Positions 62,901 to 64,000 of a stretch of 64,000 bases of DNA are shown piece after piece; position 1 is the first letter of the stretch, and the number at the start of each line of letters is the position of its first letter. The DNA comes from Octopus bimaculoides. Taxonomy: Eukaryota. A program made the translations under genes and the position numbers. Where the stretch lies: NCBI RefSeq assembly GCF_001194135.2, contig NC_068981.1, forward strand, positions 71,446,360-71,510,359, written 5' to 3'. The notes beneath the pieces are model-generated. The model was not told the origin of the DNA, did no database searches, and worked only from the letters and a program-made list of their open reading frames with translations.

Positions 62901-64000
62901 TATCTTAAACTAGAATTCATTAAGGTCAGTTTCTTCTATCATTGCCTTTTGTAATAATTGATTTTAGTGGTAATATATCTCAGCAATAAACATGTTTCTT
63001 TTAATATCAGCTAGTCAACATTGAAGATAAAATTGAAAATTAAAATATTTGTCTAGGGGATTTAATTGGTATGATGAATGTAGGGTGGAAAATATATGTA
63101 AAGTATTGTAAAAATCAGAATGAAGAATTATGACCAATATTTTATGACATTGCTAATCCAAATGATTACTATTTATGCCTTCTCACATTCAGGTTTTGTC
63201 TTTTCCAAAATATTTCATAATAATAAAACCTTCATCGATTTACTTTAAAATTTGACAAGACTATTAAGAAGTTGTCAGTAATGTAAGATAGACTCATTAG
63301 ATTTACATCTGTTTTACTATAATCTTTTATAGTGATATTATCTAGTTGCATGTTTCCTAACTTCAGAAGAGGATATCTGTGAAAAAAGGAAAAAATTGGT
63401 TAATACAAGAACTACTTTGGGTCATAGCTAAGATGCTATGTGAGTTGTAGATTTATGTTAGTAGGCTAAACTTTGCAGATGGAGAAAGGTGCAAGGAGAT
63501 ATTAGGTCTACTAACTATTTTTTATGGCTGTTAAGCTTGGAGTTAGTCCTAGAATCAATCATTTTGTACTAGTTTATTCATATTAGCACTTCAACATTCA
63601 GATTTCTTTTTCAAATGCATATTGTTTTAAATTAATCATGCATTATGTTATAGCTTCAAAATTTCAATAGTGTGTTTGTATATGTTTTGAATGACATTGT
63701 AGGGTGGGTGTGAGAGGTTGGATCTGGTCAGTTTTAACATAAAACAGGTAGAATATTTGGGCCTGATATGGCCAGATTAAATACTAAAGGGTTAAAAGAT
63801 CTTACCTACTTACAATAAAACTTAATTGAAGAAATCTGGTGTATAACTTATGCAATTCGAATTATGTTCAAACTATTGCCCTTCCTTTTTAATTCAATTT
63901 AATGTGATTGATTTTGTTTTTCTTATAGGAGATTGGTTATACACATATGCGAATTGTTCAAGGTGTTAATACTTTGCTACAGTTGTCTGCTCTTCTGGCC
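51022..64000 (+). CDS. RFC2: Replication factor C subunit 2 (RFC p40, clamp-loader AAA+ subunit), spliced CDS, 3'-partial: join(51022..51107,54694..54805,55588..55694,57244..57345,59394..59494,61380..61537,62397..62462,62730..62924,63929..>64000)
   Basis: Exon lengths 86+112+107+102+101+158+66+195+72 = 999 nt, 333 codons, no stop, all introns GT..AG. The protein has ELPWVEKYRP, Walker [18 protein letters not shown], Walker [31 protein letters not shown], the SRC arginine finger and [16 protein letters not shown], matching the RFC2/Rfc4 family as recalled. Confidence 0.98.
51401..51522. repeat. 122-bp hairpin (MITE-like) with central head-to-head telomeric hexamers, RFC2 intron 1
   Basis: arms gtaaattttc..ttaacacccgcacgattttcactagg..gttagggttaggga / tccctaatcctgaccctaac..cctagtgaaaatcgtgcaggtgttaa..gaaaatttac. 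Confidence 0.9.
52041..52168 (+). mobile_element. HERO-like fragment in RFC2 intron 1, inverted relative to 50076-50224
   Basis: hand alignment shows clear similarity with one internal deletion. Confidence 0.8.
52691..53735 (-). mobile_element. RTE-clade LINE, 5'-truncated, (GAT)n tail, gap inside; RFC2 intron 1
   Basis: [27 protein letters not shown]...[12 protein letters not shown]...[12 protein letters not shown]; 3' end ccaacccatgctagcatggaaagcggacgttaaacgatgatg. Confidence 0.9.
53785..54173 (+). mobile_element. SINE family A, full length, RFC2 intron 1
   Basis: head, internal microsatellite and tail present; little apparent decay. Confidence 0.92.
54694..54805 (+). CDS. RFC2: RFC2 coding exon 2 ([37 protein letters not shown])
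   Basis: acceptor tttgtttag|, donor GCA|GTAAGT, 112 nt. Confidence 0.97.
55104..55468 (+). mobile_element. tRNA(Arg)-like SINE family C, RFC2 intron 2, 14-bp TSD
   Basis: TSD ACTGTCATTCCCAA (55090-103) / ACTGTCACTCCCAA (55469-482); highly similar to the 5305-5696 copy except for a 14-nt deletion in the tRNA head. Confidence 0.93.
55588..55694 (+). CDS. RFC2: RFC2 coding exon 3 ([36 protein letters not shown]), Walker A
   Basis: acceptor atttcag|, donor AG|GTTTGA, 107 nt; absent from the ORF track. Confidence 0.97.
55810..56040 (-). mobile_element. RTE-type 3' tail (55810-55866) abutting a CR1/L2-like RT relic (55870-56040)
   Basis: catcatcgtttaatgtccattttccatg..; [23 protein letters not shown] resembles GVPQGS.L.P.LFLLYIND. 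Confidence 0.55.
56630..57092 (-). mobile_element. SINE family A in RFC2 intron 3, with a foreign ~100-bp insert (56770-56866) in its microsatellite
   Basis: 3' half 56630-56720, 5' half 56930-57092; the insert matches the reverse complement of 8530-8612. Confidence 0.8.
57244..57345 (+). CDS. RFC2: RFC2 coding exon 4 ([34 protein letters not shown]), Walker B
   Basis: acceptor ttttctataag|, donor AG|GTAAAT, 102 nt. Confidence 0.97.
57640..57845 (+). mobile_element. Decayed RTE-tailed element, RFC2 intron 4
   Basis: tggcattaggaggtgcatccaactgtaaaaaccatgccaaa resembles 58745-58790. Confidence 0.55.
58350..58950 (-). mobile_element. SINE family B split by a nested insertion (halves 58350-58480 and 58884-58950)
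   Basis: the two halves are collinear with the family consensus on either side of the insert. Confidence 0.8.
58481..58883 (+). mobile_element. RTE-tailed non-coding element with three 42-bp tandem repeats
   Basis: repeat units at 58503, 58545 and 58587; 3' end ccaacccatgccagcatggacaatggacgttaaatgatgatgat. Confidence 0.8.
59130..59275 (+). mobile_element. Decayed RTE-tailed element 3' part, RFC2 intron 4
   Basis: ttggtgacaggaagggcatctgg..catggaaaagtagatgttaagcaatgatga. Confidence 0.55.
59394..59494 (+). CDS. RFC2: RFC2 coding exon 5 ([34 protein letters not shown])
   Basis: acceptor gaattttag|, donor G|GTAAGT, 101 nt. Confidence 0.97.
59520..59931 (-). mobile_element. SINE family A, full length, 25 nt downstream of the exon 5 donor
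   Basis: reverse complement of the family head and tail. Confidence 0.85.
60395..60607 (+). mobile_element. SINE family B, RFC2 intron 5
   Basis: similarity to the other family B copies. Confidence 0.85.
60991..61150 (-). mobile_element. SINE family D-like 5' part, RFC2 intron 5
   Basis: reverse complement of tgaaggcatgtggcctagtggttaggg..ttcaattccc..cactcagct. Confidence 0.65.
61380..61537 (+). CDS. RFC2: RFC2 coding exon 6 ([18 protein letters not shown]...FTAQGDMRQ)
   Basis: long pyrimidine tract + ccag|, donor CAG|GTTGGG, 158 nt, SRC motif. Confidence 0.97.
61625..61748 (-). mobile_element. SINE family A 5' fragment, RFC2 intron 6
   Basis: aagacactt..caaggtgccatgcagtg..cagaccatg. Confidence 0.6.
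62397..62462 (+). CDS. RFC2: RFC2 coding exon 7 ([22 protein letters not shown])
   Basis: poly-T + taag|, donor AAA|GTAAGT, 66 nt. Confidence 0.96.
62730..62924 (+). CDS. RFC2: RFC2 coding exon 8 ([17 protein letters not shown]...YLKLEFIK)
   Basis: acceptor cttttcag|, donor AAG|GTCAGT, 195 nt. Confidence 0.96.
63580..63794. mobile_element. piggyBac-type MITE relic (ends ...ctaaaggg TTAA), RFC2 intron 8; partial second copy at 60040-60180
   Basis: Right end is CCCT/TTAA type; body gaatgacattgtagg..gatctgg..aacat..tagaatatttg..gatatgg is shared with 60065-60175; left end decayed. Confidence 0.5.
63929..64000 (+). CDS. RFC2: RFC2 coding exon 9, truncated by the window end ([24 protein letters not shown]...)
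   Basis: acceptor ttttcttatag|, in frame, conserved C-terminal RFC2 segment. Confidence 0.95.

Overview
AT-rich, microsatellite-dense metazoan genomic DNA with many N gaps, most of them next to simple repeats. The SINE families and repeat content point to an octopus, but that is inferred from recalled repeat families, not a search. One host gene is supported: RFC2 (replication factor C 40-kDa subunit, equivalent to yeast Rfc4) on the + strand. It has 9 coding exons from ATG 51022 to the window end, all GT-AG introns, and 333 uninterrupted codons including Walker A, Walker B and SRC motifs; the last exon runs off the window. An E2F-consensus site lies 18 nt upstream of the ATG. Positions 1-50900 contain no recognisable host gene and consist of transposon relics: four tRNA-type SINE families, mariner/Tc1, pogo MITE, hAT, Helitron, Gypsy-type integrase, and Penelope-like, RTE, HERO-like, R4/CRE-like and CR1-like retroelements. 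Most long ORFs in the supplied track are artefacts of N gaps or microsatellites. The most interesting structures are: a decayed type-I hammerhead ribozyme in the loop of a 145-bp near-perfect inverted repeat (7960-8436); a 122-bp hairpin with head-to-head TTAGGG/CCCTAA repeats in RFC2 intron 1; a candidate SINE-derived 10-nt poison microexon in RFC2 intron 5; a foldback Tc1-like element; and a full-length Hsmar1-like mariner. All calls were made by eye, and repeat boundaries are approximate unless TIRs or TSDs are cited.
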